Source: Alkalispirochaeta sp.
Lineage (GTDB): Bacteria > Spirochaetota > Spirochaetia > DSM-27196 > Alkalispirochaetaceae
DNA: 64,000 nucleotides
Assembly (NCBI GenBank): GCA_965601925.1
Contig: OZ271854.1
Coordinates: 896,001-960,000, forward strand
Direction of reading: 5' to 3'
Shown here: piece after piece, positions 1 through 11,460 of the stretch
Numbering within the stretch: the stretch's first letter is position 1
Layout of the letters: the number at the start of each line of letters is the position of its first letter
Translations under genes and position numbers: made by a program
Notes under the pieces: model-generated
Told to the model about the DNA's origin: nothing
The model's database searches: none
Seen by the model: only the letters and a program-made list of their open reading frames with translations

Positions 1-2
1 GC

Positions 3-1232
3 TCCGCGTTGGCCGACGTTCTGACGCACTTCGGTCCGATCCGGCGCGCATTGGCGATCCCGCCCGACTTCAGCCGATATCACTCCTTCGCAGGCGAGAT
101 CACGTCGATGGTGCACGATCTTCTCGGCGATCGTCTCACCGACGTTCTTCCCGCGTTGGGTACCCACCGACCGATGACGCCGCGCGAACGCGAGACGATG
201 TTCCCCGGCGTGCCGGAGGGGCTCTTTCGTATACACGACTGGCGTAACGACTTGGTGACGCTGGGAGAAGTTCCTCGCGCGTTCATCCGAGAGCAGAGCG
301 AGGGCAAACTCGACTGGCCGTGGCCCGCACAGGTCAACCGTTTGGTCGCCGAGGGCGGCCATGACGCGGTGCTCTCAATCGGCCAAGTGGTGCCCCATGA
401 GGTGATCGGCATGGCGAATCACGCCAAAAACCTGTTCATCGGCACCGGCGGCAAGGACGGAATCAATCGCAGCCATTTCCTGGGCGCCGTCTACGGCATG
501 GAGCGCATCATGGGGCGAGCGGACAATCCGGTACGCGCCGTGGTCAACTACGCGGCAAGAGAGTTCCTGCGCGCCGTGCCGGTTGTGTTCGTGCTTACGG
601 TGGTGGGACGCCGTCCGCCGGGACCGGACGGACATGACGCCGGTTTGGCTGTGCGGGGACTTTTTGCCGGTCGCGGTTTCGACTGTTTCTATCAGGCCGC
701 TCAATTGGCGCTGGAGACGAATCTTACCTTGATAGACGAGGAGCCGGACCATGTGGTGGCGCGACTCGATCCCGCCGAGTTTCACAGCACCTGGTTGGGG
801 AACAAGGCTATCTACCGCACACGCATGATGATCGCCGACGGAGGACGTCTGACGGTTCTTGCTCCCGGAGTCGAGAGTTTCGGAGAGGACGCCGATATCG
901 ATAGACTCGTGCGCAAACACGGATACCACGGGACGCCCGAGACCCTGAGGGCGGTGGAGCGAGACCCTGAGCTCGCCGACAATTTGGGCGCCGCGGCGCA
1001 TCTGATTCACGGATCGAGCGAGGGACGATTTAATATCGAGTATGCGCCCGGTAAACTTACTCGCGAAGAGATAGAGGGCGTCGGCTTTACGTATCGCGAC
1101 CTCGCGGAGGTGACCGAACAGCTTGCTGTAGACACACTTATCGACGGTTGGAATATCCTCCCGTCGGGGGAGCGAATATACTACATCTCACAACCGGCGC
1201 TGGGCTTGTGGGCCTTTAAGAAGCGGTTTTAA
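3..1232 (+). CDS. LarA (lactate racemase)-family nickel-pincer hydroxyacid epimerase, 5'-truncated; possibly a D-mannonate/D-gluconate 2-epimerase
   Basis: The frame is open from the window edge. Motifs PPDFSR, ALGTH, PHEVIG..NHAK and ADGG..L..APG are typical of DUF2088/LarA proteins. It lies 10 bp upstream of gnd. Confidence 0.75.
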   Translation, partial: SALADVLTHFGPIRRALAIPPDFSRYHSFAGEITSMVHDLLGDRLTDVLPALGTHRPMTPRERETMFPGVPEGLFRIHDWRNDLVTLGEVPRAFIREQSEGKLDWPWPAQVNRLVAEGGHDAVLSIGQVVPHEVIGMANHAKNLFIGTGGKDGINRSHFLGAVYGMERIMGRADNPVRAVVNYAAREFLRAVPVVFVLTVVGRRPPGPDGHDAGLAVRGLFAGRGFDCFYQAAQLALETNLTLIDEEPDHVVARLDPAEFHSTWLGNKAIYRTRMMIADGGRLTVLAPGVESFGEDADIDRLVRKHGYHGTPETLRAVERDPELADNLGAAAHLIHGSSEGRFNIEYAPGKLTREEIEGVGFTYRDLAEVTEQLAVDTLIDGWNILPSGERIYYISQPALGLWAFKKRF

Positions 1233-1242
1233 GGAGTGATAC

Positions 1243-2730
1243 GTGGCACGGAAAGCGGATATCGGACTCATCGGGCTTGCGGTCATGGGGCAGAACCTCG
1301 TGTTGAACATGAACGACAACGGGTACACCGTCGCGGTCTACAACAGGACGGCGCAAAAGACCCGTGACTTTCTGTCGGGGCCCGCGGCCGGGCGGGAGAC
1401 GATCCTTCCGACCTACGAGATCGCCGAGTTCGCGGCGACCTTGGAGCGACCGCGACGCGTGATGCTCATGGTGAAGGCGGGCGAGGTCGTCGATAGATTC
1501 ATCGAGCAACTCCTTCCCCATCTCGAAGCGGGGGACATCGTCATCGACGGCGGTAACTCGCACTATCCCGACTCGACGAGACGCACCCGAGAGCTTGCCG
1601 AGAGGGGCATTCTCTTCGTGGGATCCGGCGTCTCCGGCGGCGAGGAGGGGGCGCGCCACGGGCCGAGCATCATGCCCGGTGGAAATGCCGCCGCATGGCC
1701 GCACATTAAGGAGATCTTTCAAGCTATTGCGGCCAAGACGTCATCGGGCGAGCCGTGCGCGGACTGGGTCGGTGCGGACGGCGCCGGTCATTACGTCAAG
1801 ATGGTCCACAACGGGATCGAGTACGGAGATATGCAGCTCATCAGCGAGGCGTACCACGTTATGAAGTACGGACTCGGTATGACCAACGACGAGATGCAAA
1901 GGACCTTTGCGGCGTGGAACGAGACGGAACTCGATAGTTACCTCGTGGAAATCACATCGGATATTCTCAAGGCCAAAACCGAGGACGGAACCTACGTCCT
2001 CGACACGATTCTCGACGCCGCGGGACAAAAGGGAACCGGGAAATGGACCGGCATCAACGCCTTGGACGCCGGGATTCCCGTTACGCTCATCGTCGAGGCG
2101 GTCTTTGCGCGTTCATTGTCGGCCCTCAAGGAGCAACGCGTGGCGGCCAGCGAAATCCTCGAAGGTCCCGCCGGTTCTTCCGCCGGCGACGGTGGCGGTA
2201 TCGAGCCGATTGGGGCTCCTCGTACGGAGTTTTTGGAGGATCTGCGCAGAGCGCTTCTCGCCTCCAAGATCGTCTCATACGCCCAGGGGTTCATGCTGAT
2301 CCGCGAGGCGGGTGAAAGCAACGACTGGAACATCGACTACGGGAACGTGGCGCTCCTGTGGCGCGAAGGATGTATCATTCGCAGCGCCTTCTTGGGACGT
2401 ATCAAGGAGGCCTTCGTTCATAATCCCGACCTTCAAAATCTCCTGCTCGACGATTGGTTTCGAACGGTAATCGGCGAGGCGCAGTCCTCGTGGCGCCGCG
2501 TTATCGCTGCCGCCGTAGTGTCGGGAATACCCGTGCCGGCGTTTTCCACCGCCCTGGCCTTTTACGACGGCTATCGCAGCGGACGCTTAGCGGCCAACAT
2601 GATTCAGGCACAGCGCGACTATTTCGGAGCGCATACGTTCGAGCGCGTCGATCGTCCCAGAGGAGAGTTCAGCCACTTCAACTGGACCGGTACCGGCGGC
2701 AACACGACGGCGGGCACGTATAACGCATAG
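1243..2730 (+). CDS. gnd: 6-phosphogluconate dehydrogenase, decarboxylating (NADP+)
   Basis: GLAVMG Rossmann motif, VSGGEEGA, GAGHYVKMVHNGIEYGDMQ, QKGTG and QAQRDYFGAHT. SD AAGGAG precedes a GTG start. Confidence 0.97.
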   Translation: MARKADIGLIGLAVMGQNLVLNMNDNGYTVAVYNRTAQKTRDFLSGPAAGRETILPTYEIAEFAATLERPRRVMLMVKAGEVVDRFIEQLLPHLEAGDIVIDGGNSHYPDSTRRTRELAERGILFVGSGVSGGEEGARHGPSIMPGGNAAAWPHIKEIFQAIAAKTSSGEPCADWVGADGAGHYVKMVHNGIEYGDMQLISEAYHVMKYGLGMTNDEMQRTFAAWNETELDSYLVEITSDILKAKTEDGTYVLDTILDAAGQKGTGKWTGINALDAGIPVTLIVEAVFARSLSALKEQRVAASEILEGPAGSSAGDGGGIEPIGAPRTEFLEDLRRALLASKIVSYAQGFMLIREAGESNDWNIDYGNVALLWREGCIIRSAFLGRIKEAFVHNPDLQNLLLDDWFRTVIGEAQSSWRRVIAAAVVSGIPVPAFSTALAFYDGYRSGRLAANMIQAQRDYFGAHTFERVDRPRGEFSHFNWTGTGGNTTAGTYNA

Positions 2731-2739
2731 CCGTCTCGA

Positions 2740-2769
2740 CGTGGGCCGACGCAAACAGCTCGGCCCACG
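2740..2769 (+). terminator. Stem-loop after gnd (possible terminator)
   Basis: 10-bp inverted repeat CGTGGGCCGA/TCGGCCCACG just after the stop codon; no clear U-tract. Confidence 0.45.
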
Positions 2770-2845
2770 CATGATAAAGATAGCACTTCGCTAAAATTTG
2801 TGTACAATAATCACATAATATCCGCACCTAAGGAGACTCGGTTGT

Positions 2846-3130
2846 ATGATGGGCGCAGGAATACAGCTCATGGTACTGGGCATGAGCGTGGTGATCGTCT
2901 TTTTAATCGTGTTGGTCCTGTTCATGGGGCTGGCGGCGGCGATGGTGCGGCGATTCGCGCCCCAAGCGGCGGAGTCGGACGCCGCGGATGCGGCGGTGCG
3001 GACCGCCGGCGGGCATAACGACGCCGCGGGCGAGACGCGCACCCACCGCATCGCCGCGGTCCTGGCGGCGGTGGCGATGCACCACCGGCGGCGACGGACA
3101 TCCACCACATCGCAAGGAGAGCACCGATGA
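2846..3130 (+). CDS. oadG: Na+-translocating oxaloacetate decarboxylase gamma subunit
   Basis: Single N-terminal TM helix (LMVLGMSVVIVFLIVL), Ala-rich linker and IAAVLAAVAMHH tail. SD AAGGAG; overlaps the oadA start. Confidence 0.85.
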   Translation: MMGAGIQLMVLGMSVVIVFLIVLVLFMGLAAAMVRRFAPQAAESDAADAAVRTAGGHNDAAGETRTHRIAAVLAAVAMHHRRRRTSTTSQGEHR

Positions 3131-4950
3131 AGAGGATCAACGTGATGGTTACGGCGTTTCGGGACGGGTTTCAGTCCGTCTTCGGTGCCCGGGTGTTGAC
3201 GCCCGATTTCATTCCCGCGTTGGAAGCCGCCCGGCACGCCGGCCTCACCCACTTCGAGGTGGGCGGCGGTGCACGCTTTCAGAGTTTGTACTTCTACTGT
3301 AACGAGGACGCCTTCGCCATGATGGATGCGTGTCGCGCGGCGGCGGGGCCCGAGGCGAACCTCCAGACCCTCGCCCGGGGGATTAACGTCGTCGGCTTAG
3401 AGAGTCAGTCGTCGGACATGATCAAGCTGCACGCGGAGCTGTTCAAGAGGCACGGTATTACGACGATCCGCAACTTCGACGCGCTCAACGATGTGGACAA
3501 CCTCGACTATTCGGGACGCTGCATCGTCGATGCGGGGCTGCACCACGAAGTCTCGGTCACGCTCATGGGCCTTCCGCCCGGGTTATCCGGCGCCCATACC
3601 GCGGAGTTCTATCTGAACCGATTGACACAGATTCTCGACGCCGACATTCCGATGCACTCCTTGGCGCTGAAGGACGCGTCGGGGACCGCGACGCCGCAGG
3701 TCGTGTACGAGACGGTGCAACTGGCCAAATCGAAGCTGCCGGCGGACATCCCCGTACGGTTTCATACTCACGACACGGCGGGCACCGGCGTGGTGACCTA
3801 CCGGGCGGCGCTGGAGGCCGGCGTCGACGGCATCGATCTGTCGATGGCACCGGTGTCGGGCGGTACGGCACAACCGGACATCATTACGATGTGGCACGCC
3901 CTGCGCGGCACTGAGTTCGATCTGGGTGTGGATATCGAGCAGGTGATGGAGGCCGAAGAGGTCTTCAAGGAGTGTATGCAGGACTACTTCTTCCCGCCGG
4001 AGGCGCTGCGGGTGGAACCGCTCATCCCCTTCTCGCCGATGCCCGGCGGCGCGTTGACGGCCAATACGCAGATGATGCGCGACCACAAGGTGTTGCACCG
4101 CTTTCCGGAGGTGATCGCGGCGATGCGCGAGGTGGTGGAACGGGGCGGGTTTGCGACCTCGGTCACCCCGGTCTCGCAATTCTACTTTCAGCAGGCGTTC
4201 AACAACGTCGTCATGGGGCCGTGGAAGAAGATCGCCGACGGATACGGGAAGATGCTGTTGGGCTACTTCGGTAAGACGCCGAATGCGCCGGATCCGGAGT
4301 TGGTACGCATCGCCGGCGAGCAGTTGGGACTGGAGCCGACGACCGAAAGTCCGCGCCTGTTGAACGACGCCGATCCGACCAAGGGCCGCGACGCCGCCGA
4401 GGCGGTCTTGCGCGCGGAGGGGCTTCCCGTCACCGACGAGAACGTCTTTATCGCCGCAACGTGTAAGGAGCGGGGCATCACGTTTCTCAAGGGCGAGGCG
4501 CGCGTACAGGTCCGCAAACACGGATCCGACGGAGCCGAGACGCCGGCCGCGAGCGGTCCGTCTCCTCAGACGAGTGTCGGACCGGCAACGTACTCGGTGA
4601 CCGTCTCGGGACAGACCTTTGCGGTAACCGTGGCGGACGGGAGTGCGGTGATCGACGGCCAGGCACATCCCTTGCCGTCGGCCGGCACGGCCGCACCCAC
4701 CCCGGGTGCCGCTCCGTCTCCGACACCGCCGGCCGGCGGCGCCACCGTATCCGCGCCCATGCCCGGGGTGATTCTCCGTACCCTCGTACGGGCCGGCGAG
4801 GCGGTCACCGAGGGGACACCGGTCGTACTCATGGAATGCATGAAGATGGAGATGAAGGTCGAGGCGTCCTCCGCGGGCACGGTTTCTCAGGTACACGTCA
4901 CCGACGGACAATCGGTTGAGGCGGATGCCGCGTTGGTATCGGTCGTATGA
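3127..4950 (+). CDS. oadA: Oxaloacetate decarboxylase alpha subunit (carboxyltransferase plus biotin carrier)
   Basis: RDGFQS, GGGARF, LKDASG, HTHDTAG, PGG, VTPVSQ; Pro/Ala linker; C-terminal biotinyl domain with ECMKME. Confidence 0.9.
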   Translation: MKRINVMVTAFRDGFQSVFGARVLTPDFIPALEAARHAGLTHFEVGGGARFQSLYFYCNEDAFAMMDACRAAAGPEANLQTLARGINVVGLESQSSDMIKLHAELFKRHGITTIRNFDALNDVDNLDYSGRCIVDAGLHHEVSVTLMGLPPGLSGAHTAEFYLNRLTQILDADIPMHSLALKDASGTATPQVVYETVQLAKSKLPADIPVRFHTHDTAGTGVVTYRAALEAGVDGIDLSMAPVSGGTAQPDIITMWHALRGTEFDLGVDIEQVMEAEEVFKECMQDYFFPPEALRVEPLIPFSPMPGGALTANTQMMRDHKVLHRFPEVIAAMREVVERGGFATSVTPVSQFYFQQAFNNVVMGPWKKIADGYGKMLLGYFGKTPNAPDPELVRIAGEQLGLEPTTESPRLLNDADPTKGRDAAEAVLRAEGLPVTDENVFIAATCKERGITFLKGEARVQVRKHGSDGAETPAASGPSPQTSVGPATYSVTVSGQTFAVTVADGSAVIDGQAHPLPSAGTAAPTPGAAPSPTPPAGGATVSAPMPGVILRTLVRAGEAVTEGTPVVLMECMKMEMKVEASSAGTVSQVHVTDGQSVEADAALVSVV

Positions 4951-6086
4951 ATATCGCGCACTCTTTCGTCAATCTCTGGACGGCGACGGGGATCCACGCG
5001 ATCACCGGCGGCGAGCTGGTCATGATCGGCCTTAGTCTGGTGTTGATCTATCTGGCGATCGGCCGGAACTTCGAGCCGTTGTTATTGTTGCCGATCGGGT
5101 TCGGCGGAATACTCGCCAATATTCCGATCGCCGGCATCGCCGGGCCCGCCGGCTTCATCGGCATGATCGATGCGGTGGGGCTGGCGACAGGGATCTTTCC
5201 GCTGTTGATCTTCATGGGCGTGGGCGCGATGACCGATTTCGGCCCCCTCATCGCCAACCCGCGTACCGCCCTGTTGGGGGCGGCGGCGCAGTTCGGCATC
5301 TTCGCCACGGTGTTGGGCGCCCTCGCATTGAGCGAGTATCTCGGATTCGACTTTTCTCTGCGCGACGCCGCCTCGATCGGCATTATCGGGGGCGCCGACG
5401 GTCCGACGGCGATCTTCCTCTCCTCGCGGCTGAGTCCCGATCTGGTCGGCGCCATCGCGGTGGCGGCGTACAGCTACATGGCGTTAGTACCGATCATCCA
5501 ACCGCCGATCATGCGTGCGCTGACGAAACCGGAGGAGCGTCGTATCGTCATGACGCAGCTGCGCCCCGTGTCCAAGATCGAGAAGATCATCTTCCCCTTG
5601 ATGGCCCTCGGCCTGTGCATTCTCCTGCTGCCCACCGCAACGCCGCTGATCGGCGCGCTCATGTTCGGTAATCTGGTAAAGGAGTCCGGCGTCACCGAAC
5701 GCCTCTCGAAGACGCTCCAGAGCTCGTTTATCGACAGCGTCACGATTCTGCTGGGATTGGTCGTCGGGGGGAAACTACAGGCGGCCTACTTCCTCCGCCT
5801 GGAAACGATCGGCATTCTCTTGTTGGGGTTGGTCGCCTTCTCGATCGGCACCGCGACGGGGGTACTGTTGGCGCGCCTTATGCATCGTCTCTCCCGTACC
5901 CCGATCAATCCGCTGATCGGCGCGGCCGGCGTCTCGGCGGTTCCGATGGCCGCACGGGTCGTCAACAAGGTCGGACTCCAGGACAATCCCCGCAACTATC
6001 TGTTGATGCACGCCATGGGTCCCAACGTCAGCGGCGTCATCGGCTCCGCCGTCGCCGCCGGCGTCCTCCTCTCGGTCTTTATGTAG
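4947..6086 (+). CDS. oadB: Na+-translocating decarboxylase beta subunit
   Basis: [42 protein letters not shown] and HAMGPNV; polytopic membrane protein. Confidence 0.95.
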   Translation: MNIAHSFVNLWTATGIHAITGGELVMIGLSLVLIYLAIGRNFEPLLLLPIGFGGILANIPIAGIAGPAGFIGMIDAVGLATGIFPLLIFMGVGAMTDFGPLIANPRTALLGAAAQFGIFATVLGALALSEYLGFDFSLRDAASIGIIGGADGPTAIFLSSRLSPDLVGAIAVAAYSYMALVPIIQPPIMRALTKPEERRIVMTQLRPVSKIEKIIFPLMALGLCILLLPTATPLIGALMFGNLVKESGVTERLSKTLQSSFIDSVTILLGLVVGGKLQAAYFLRLETIGILLLGLVAFSIGTATGVLLARLMHRLSRTPINPLIGAAGVSAVPMAARVVNKVGLQDNPRNYLLMHAMGPNVSGVIGSAVAAGVLLSVFM

Positions 6087-7632
6087 CCCGACCGGGGCGT
6101 GTCTCTCGGCGTACCGCGACGCTCCCGGCCAGCACGGTACACGGGAAGCGCACGAGAAAGGTAAGCGAATCCTCGACGGCAATGGAGAACATTCCACCCA
6201 AATCGGCCGCGAGGGAGCCGATGAGCGTGAGGCCCGTCCCCGCCTTCACATCTTCCGCTTCGTGCACATCATCGGGGAGCGGAGCACCGTCGCAGTACGA
6301 GAAGACCACATCATCGTCGACCGCGCAACAGTTGATGGTGATGGCGTTCGTGAGGGGAGCGTATTTCGCAGTATTGGTAAGAAGCTCGTTGGTGATGATA
6401 CCCAACTTCATCGCGACTCCCGACGGCGTGCGAGGGATATCGATCGATAATCGATACCGAAAGTCGTCTCGATCGCGATATGAACCCGCCGAGAAGTGGC
6501 TGATAAGCCCGTCGAGATAGACTTCGAGATCGATCTCGGTAACCGTCGGCTGTTTGGAGAGTTTCTCGTGAACGAGCGCCACGGCGCGCAGTCGCCCGAG
6601 GAGGTCGAAGAGCGTCTCGGCCTTTGACTTGTCGGCCTGCCACTGTTCTATCCACACCATCGTAACGAGCAAATTGAGGTTGTTTTTAATGCGATGGTTC
6701 ATCTCGACCAAGAGATCTCGTTGCTGCTCCGTAAGCCGCTTCAAGTGCTCTTCCGACTCCTTGAAGGCGGTAACTTCGTTGTGGGCGCCGAGCATTCTCA
6801 CCGGACGCCCTCGCTCGTCCCGAATCGCAATCCCGCGGCACCGAACCCACACAGTGGAACCGTTCTTATGGCGGTAGCGCACGATTTGATCGTACGGGTG
6901 CGTGGGATCCTTTAGATGTTTGCGGAAGTTCTCGACGACGATGGTGAGGTCGTCGGGATGAATCATGTCTTGCCACTCCTCGGGGTCGTGGCGCTTCTCT
7001 TCCGGGCCGTAGCCGAATGTGTTCCAAAAGGTGGGGCTCATCCACTCGTTGGACTGATTCTCCAGGTCCCAGTACCAGATACCGTCGAGAGATCCGACCT
7101 CCAAAAACTCGAAGAGGCGGCGATCTCTTCTTACCAGGTCGTAGAGCTCCTCCTCAAGATAGTGCATCGTACGTGTGCCGTTGACGGGCTTCGAAAAGGG
7201 CACGTAGAGAGAGCGCGACGCGTCCCTGTTACCTCGCCGCCTCACGATGCCGCGAATCGATTCGGCAAGAATCGGCAAGGCGGCATCGATGGGGAGAAGA
7301 CCGTCGTGAACAATAGCCGAGAGCTTACGGAGCACGGCCTCGTCCGCATTGTCGATAAGGAAGAGAATCGGCACATCGACGGCTGCGTGAATGCGACGAG
7401 CGGCATCGACGCATGCGTCGACGGATGCGGGTGTGCACGTGATAAGAATCACCTGTACCAGGGCCGCACCGGTGCCTCCTTTACACACCGATGCGAGAAC
7501 ATCCTCTCCATTCGACACCGTACGAACATCAAAGCCCGAACGGTACAGGAAATGAGAGCGTTCTCGCCCCCGAGGTAGATCGTCATCGACGACCAAAATT
7601 CGAGTAGAATCGCGCCGCAAACGGTCGGTCAT
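6079..7632 (-). CDS. Cytoplasmic sensor histidine kinase (degenerate receiver, PAS_3, HisKA_2/HATPase)
   Basis: N-terminal ILVVDDD; PAS GIWYWD...IHPDD...[11 protein letters not shown]-box [11 protein letters not shown]-box [17 protein letters not shown]. Confidence 0.85.
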   Translation of the reverse strand: MTDRLRRDSTRILVVDDDLPRGRERSHFLYRSGFDVRTVSNGEDVLASVCKGGTGAALVQVILITCTPASVDACVDAARRIHAAVDVPILFLIDNADEAVLRKLSAIVHDGLLPIDAALPILAESIRGIVRRRGNRDASRSLYVPFSKPVNGTRTMHYLEEELYDLVRRDRRLFEFLEVGSLDGIWYWDLENQSNEWMSPTFWNTFGYGPEEKRHDPEEWQDMIHPDDLTIVVENFRKHLKDPTHPYDQIVRYRHKNGSTVWVRCRGIAIRDERGRPVRMLGAHNEVTAFKESEEHLKRLTEQQRDLLVEMNHRIKNNLNLLVTMVWIEQWQADKSKAETLFDLLGRLRAVALVHEKLSKQPTVTEIDLEVYLDGLISHFSAGSYRDRDDFRYRLSIDIPRTPSGVAMKLGIITNELLTNTAKYAPLTNAITINCCAVDDDVVFSYCDGAPLPDDVHEAEDVKAGTGLTLIGSLAADLGGMFSIAVEDSLTFLVRFPCTVLAGSVAVRRETRPGRAT

Positions 7633-7788
7633 GACCTACACCTTTCGGATAGAGCGTAATTCAAAGCGGAACTATTCGCAAATTTTTACTTGATATTACA
7701 CACTCCCTTCGTCTCGTTCCAAGGGAGCAATCCTCTTCCATCACATACGGACGGCGGCGAGGTGCGTCCGAGAGCTTCGGGAAGGGTG

Positions 7789-8622
7789 CTACACGGTCCG
7801 AGGGGTAACCGGAACGCGCGTTATCCGCAGAGACCTGTCGGCGTCGCGCCACTCCACTACGGCGAAGGAGGGGTTTGGTTCGACAAGGGCCCAAGAAGCG
7901 GCCGACGTATCGAAGCGTGTAGAGAGGCTGTCGAGAGAGAGGAGATGCGCTTCCGAATCGTCGCCTGGACTCACGGCCGCGGTATACGGCATCCACTGAT
8001 GAACATGCCCCCACACCACGATGCTCGCCATGGCGCGGGCACGTCTCGCGGCGGCAAGATCGAGCAGCTCGCGTCGGTGGGGGTGCGCCGTGGCGTCGAT
8101 CCACGATGTGCCGACCGGCACGAGATGGCGGTGGGTAACAACGACCAAACCGCCCGGCTCTCCGAAGGCGCGCCGTACCTCCGGCGTGACCGCCGAGCCG
8201 TCGGGGAGCAGTACAACGCGCATCGCGCCGACACGCAGAACGGTCGGTTGTCGATGAACGTGTAGTCTCGATCCACTCATCGCCGCGGCCATACTCGTCG
8301 GATCGTCGTGGTTGCCCGGTATGATGTGCCACGTCAGCGCACGCGGCGATCCGGATATCGGCTCCCGAGAATCGGCGACGCGGCGCGCCACGGCTCCGAG
8401 AACCGATCGCGCGAAGGCTGCGTAGATCCGCGATGAGGCGGGCCGAGAAGCGACGTCACCGGCGTGTATCACGGCCTCCGGCGCCGACTCGGCGATCCGC
8501 GCCAGCGCCGCAGTGGTTATGCGCCACGGATCGCTATTGTGATACGGCTCGCCCGCGGGCGTAAGGTGGGTATCGGCCAGTACGACGATACGCGTGACGA
8601 GACGTTTCGGTTGACGGACCAC
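7789..8622 (-). CDS. Calcineurin-like metallophosphoesterase (CpdA/Icc/GpdQ-like)
   Basis: Metal-binding motifs DTH, GD, GNHD, H and GHVH in order. Confidence 0.8.
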   Translation of the reverse strand: MVRQPKRLVTRIVVLADTHLTPAGEPYHNSDPWRITTAALARIAESAPEAVIHAGDVASRPASSRIYAAFARSVLGAVARRVADSREPISGSPRALTWHIIPGNHDDPTSMAAAMSGSRLHVHRQPTVLRVGAMRVVLLPDGSAVTPEVRRAFGEPGGLVVVTHRHLVPVGTSWIDATAHPHRRELLDLAAARRARAMASIVVWGHVHQWMPYTAAVSPGDDSEAHLLSLDSLSTRFDTSAASWALVEPNPSFAVVEWRDADRSLRITRVPVTPRTV

Positions 8623-8628
8623 TCGTCG

Positions 8629-9747
8629 TCAACTCGATCGAAAGGCGTGCACGCGTCGGACCGACAACCGAACGCGCGCTCCCGGGGCGGGCGGCGGCGC
8701 ATCGTCGAGTACACTCGCGGCGACGACCACCTGCCCGTCGTCAAGATCCACCTCATGGAGCCGGTAGTCGCCCATGAAGGTCGACACACGCAGGCGCCCG
8801 CTGAGTGTGCCGCTCTCTCCTGAGCGCTCCTCGCGTGGGTGCGCGTTTATCTCGAGTGCCGAATGGCGCAACGACACGACCACCGGGGCACCCTCCTTCC
8901 GGGGAAGATCCGGTGTTGCGGCGACTCGCAAGACGTCACCGGCGATCGCCAGTTCCAGGTGGTCGCCCGCCTTTTTCACCGTCCCGGTGACGATCGAAGT
9001 CCGCCCCAGAAACCGTGCGACGAACTCCGATGCCGGCCGATCGTGAATCTCCTCAGGGGTTCCGAGCTGTACGACATGCCCGTCCGATAGCACGGCGATG
9101 CGGTCGGACATCGCCAACGCCTCTTCCTGGTCGTGCGTCACATATACGATCGTAAGGGCGAGGCGGCGCTGCAGCTCCTTCAGTTCGAATCGCATTTGCG
9201 CACGCAGGCGCGCATCCAGATTGGAGAGCGGCTCATCGAGAAGGAGCGCCGTCGGCTTCATGACCAACGCGCGCGCCAACGCGACTCGCTGCTGCTGCCC
9301 GCCGGATAGCTGCGCCGAGCGACGGTCCTCGAGTCCGTTAAGACGTACCTGCTGCAGCGCGACGCGTACACGCTCCCGGACCTCCACCCTCGGGACTTTG
9401 CGCACGCTCAACGGATACGCGACGTTCTCTCCGACGGTCATGTGCGGCCACACCGCATAAGACTGAAAGACCATCCCCAGATCGCGCCGTTCGGGAGGAA
9501 TTAGGAGTCCCCGTCGCGGGTCACTGACCGTTCGCGTATCGATGGCGATCGTCCCCGCGTCTATCTGGAAAAAACCGGCGATCGCCCTCAGTAGGGTCGT
9601 TTTTCCGCACCCCGAGGGTCCCAATAAGGTAAAGAACTCTTGATCGCGAATGGAAAGCGAGACATCGGCCAGGGCCCGTTTATGCTGCCCCGGTGTGCGC
9701 CTGTTACCGTATCCCTTCGCTACTCCGGAAATCTCTATCTGTGCCAC
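8629..9747 (-). CDS. ABC transporter ATP-binding protein (FbpC/PotA type)
   Basis: Walker A GPSGCGKT, LSGGQQQR, DEPLSNLD, HDQ and C-terminal TOBE region. Confidence 0.93.
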   Translation of the reverse strand: MAQIEISGVAKGYGNRRTPGQHKRALADVSLSIRDQEFFTLLGPSGCGKTTLLRAIAGFFQIDAGTIAIDTRTVSDPRRGLLIPPERRDLGMVFQSYAVWPHMTVGENVAYPLSVRKVPRVEVRERVRVALQQVRLNGLEDRRSAQLSGGQQQRVALARALVMKPTALLLDEPLSNLDARLRAQMRFELKELQRRLALTIVYVTHDQEEALAMSDRIAVLSDGHVVQLGTPEEIHDRPASEFVARFLGRTSIVTGTVKKAGDHLELAIAGDVLRVAATPDLPRKEGAPVVVSLRHSALEINAHPREERSGESGTLSGRLRVSTFMGDYRLHEVDLDDGQVVVAASVLDDAPPPAPGARVRLSVRRVHAFRSS

Positions 9748-9764
9748 GCAACACCTCTCTTGTC

Positions 9765-11456
9765 TTACGTTCGCCGTCTCTCAATAACCCGCCGCGTCAA
9801 AAGGTCGACGACGAGCACCATCGCGATGATTACGATCGAAAGCGCCGACGCAACGGGCAGTAGTCCCTCCTGCATGATGTTGTACGCGGTGACGCCGATC
9901 GTCTCGTTTCCCGGAGAGTACAGGAGAATACTGAGTGTGAGCTCGGTCAAAGCGGGCATGAATACCAACATCCAGCCCGAGAGCACCGACGGCTTTACGA
10001 TCGGTAGGAGAATATCCCGACCGCTCTGCGCTGCGGTTGCGCCGGACAGACGCGCCGCCTCAACGAGGGTCCCATCGACGGAGCGGAGCGCCGCATCGAC
10101 GGACCGCATCGGGAAAATCATAAACCGAATTAAATACGCGACGGCGAGTATCCACCACGTGTTGTACAACCGGAGGCCGAGCACCGGTCGGATCCAGGTA
10201 ACGATGATCGCGATACCGATCACCATTCCCGGAACGGCATACGGAACGCTTGCGACGAAATCGACCAAACGCGCGATACGCCGTCGGAAGGCGGTACGTC
10301 CGTACCGTCGCACGAAAATCACGACGAGTGCGGCGGCGCTCGAGAGCGTCGCTATCGAGACGCCGAGCAGCAAACTGTTGCGAACCGACCGCTCTACGAC
10401 GGGCATAGCCGTCACGATTCGTCCGAAGTGGTCAAAGGTCAGATTCTCGAAGGACAGCGGGAGTCCCAACGCGCGCGTCAGTGCGGTAAGCAACACGGCG
10501 GCGATCGGTGCAACCACGCCCAAAGCCGCAACGATAACGAGTGCGGCGTACAGAGGCCATCGAAGCGGTCCGAGACGAACCGGCGGCGCTTGCGAGCTCT
10601 TGCCCGAGACGGTCACGAACTTCTCGTGTCGAATGAAATACTGTTGTAACCATAGGCCGACGGCGCCGATCACCAGAAGAACCAGCGACAACCCCGCGGC
10701 GATGTGGAGCCCCCATGGATTTCCGAAGCTCCCGACGTACGCGTAGATCCGTGTGGTGAGTACGACAAAGCGCCCCGGCACGCCGAGAATCGCCGGTATC
10801 CCGAACATCGACACGGTAGTCACGAACACGATTACGGCGGCGGCGCCGATGGAGGGCAAGAGCGTCGGCACCGTAATGTCCATCGCCGAGCGAAACGGTG
10901 TCGCCCCCGACACGCGGGCGCTCTCCTCCAAACTGGCGTCCATGTTGACCATCGCCTTGCGGAGAATCAAAAAGGCGAACGGGAAGGTATATATCGCCGA
11001 GACCGCGATCACGCCCCCGGCGCCGTAGATCGAAATCGGCGCTCGGTCGAGGTTGAGCGCCCACATAAGGAACCGATTGTAGTATCCCACGGGCCCCAGC
11101 AGCCGTGTCCACGCAAAGGCAGAGATGAACGGCGGTATAAAGTACGGAGTCACGAAGATCCACGAAAGAAAACGCGCTCCCGGTAGATCGGTGCGCGCGA
11201 GAAGATATGCAAGCACCGTCGCGACGGCGACGGCAATTATGGTGACGGAGACGCCCACGAACAGACTGTTGAGAAGGGCCCTAAAGTCGGACCCGCCGAG
11301 CGCCAACACCGATATGTTCTCGAGGGTCGCCGCACCGTCGCGGGAAAAAGCGATACCCCCAAGACGTACGAAGGGCCACACATAGAGAAAAAGCAACAGA
11401 ACCGTCGCGACGGCAAAGGCCGCGACGGTCATGACGCGTGAGGTGGAGTGTTCCAT
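9765..11456 (-). CDS. ABC transporter permease (FbpB type, duplicated TM domains)
   Basis: Two EAA loops (LEESARVSGA, LVEAARLSGA). Start moved to ATG 11456, just after the binding-protein stop. Confidence 0.9.
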   Translation of the reverse strand: MEHSTSRVMTVAAFAVATVLLLFLYVWPFVRLGGIAFSRDGAATLENISVLALGGSDFRALLNSLFVGVSVTIIAVAVATVLAYLLARTDLPGARFLSWIFVTPYFIPPFISAFAWTRLLGPVGYYNRFLMWALNLDRAPISIYGAGGVIAVSAIYTFPFAFLILRKAMVNMDASLEESARVSGATPFRSAMDITVPTLLPSIGAAAVIVFVTTVSMFGIPAILGVPGRFVVLTTRIYAYVGSFGNPWGLHIAAGLSLVLLVIGAVGLWLQQYFIRHEKFVTVSGKSSQAPPVRLGPLRWPLYAALVIVAALGVVAPIAAVLLTALTRALGLPLSFENLTFDHFGRIVTAMPVVERSVRNSLLLGVSIATLSSAAALVVIFVRRYGRTAFRRRIARLVDFVASVPYAVPGMVIGIAIIVTWIRPVLGLRLYNTWWILAVAYLIRFMIFPMRSVDAALRSVDGTLVEAARLSGATAAQSGRDILLPIVKPSVLSGWMLVFMPALTELTLSILLYSPGNETIGVTAYNIMQEGLLPVASALSIVIIAMVLVVDLLTRRVIERRRT

Positions 11457-11460
11457 CGAG

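Noticed and set aside
4540..4745. Low-complexity Pro/Ala/Thr-rich stretch in oadA
   Set aside because: Normal flexible linker before a biotinyl domain, not a repeat element.
3583..4911. Long antisense or alternative-frame ORFs (e.g. 3583-4911, 13384-14523, 51316-52947, 55567-56586, 60661-61617, 61622-62764)
   Set aside because: They shadow well-supported genes, have no recognisable motifs, and are expected in GC-rich DNA with few stop codons.
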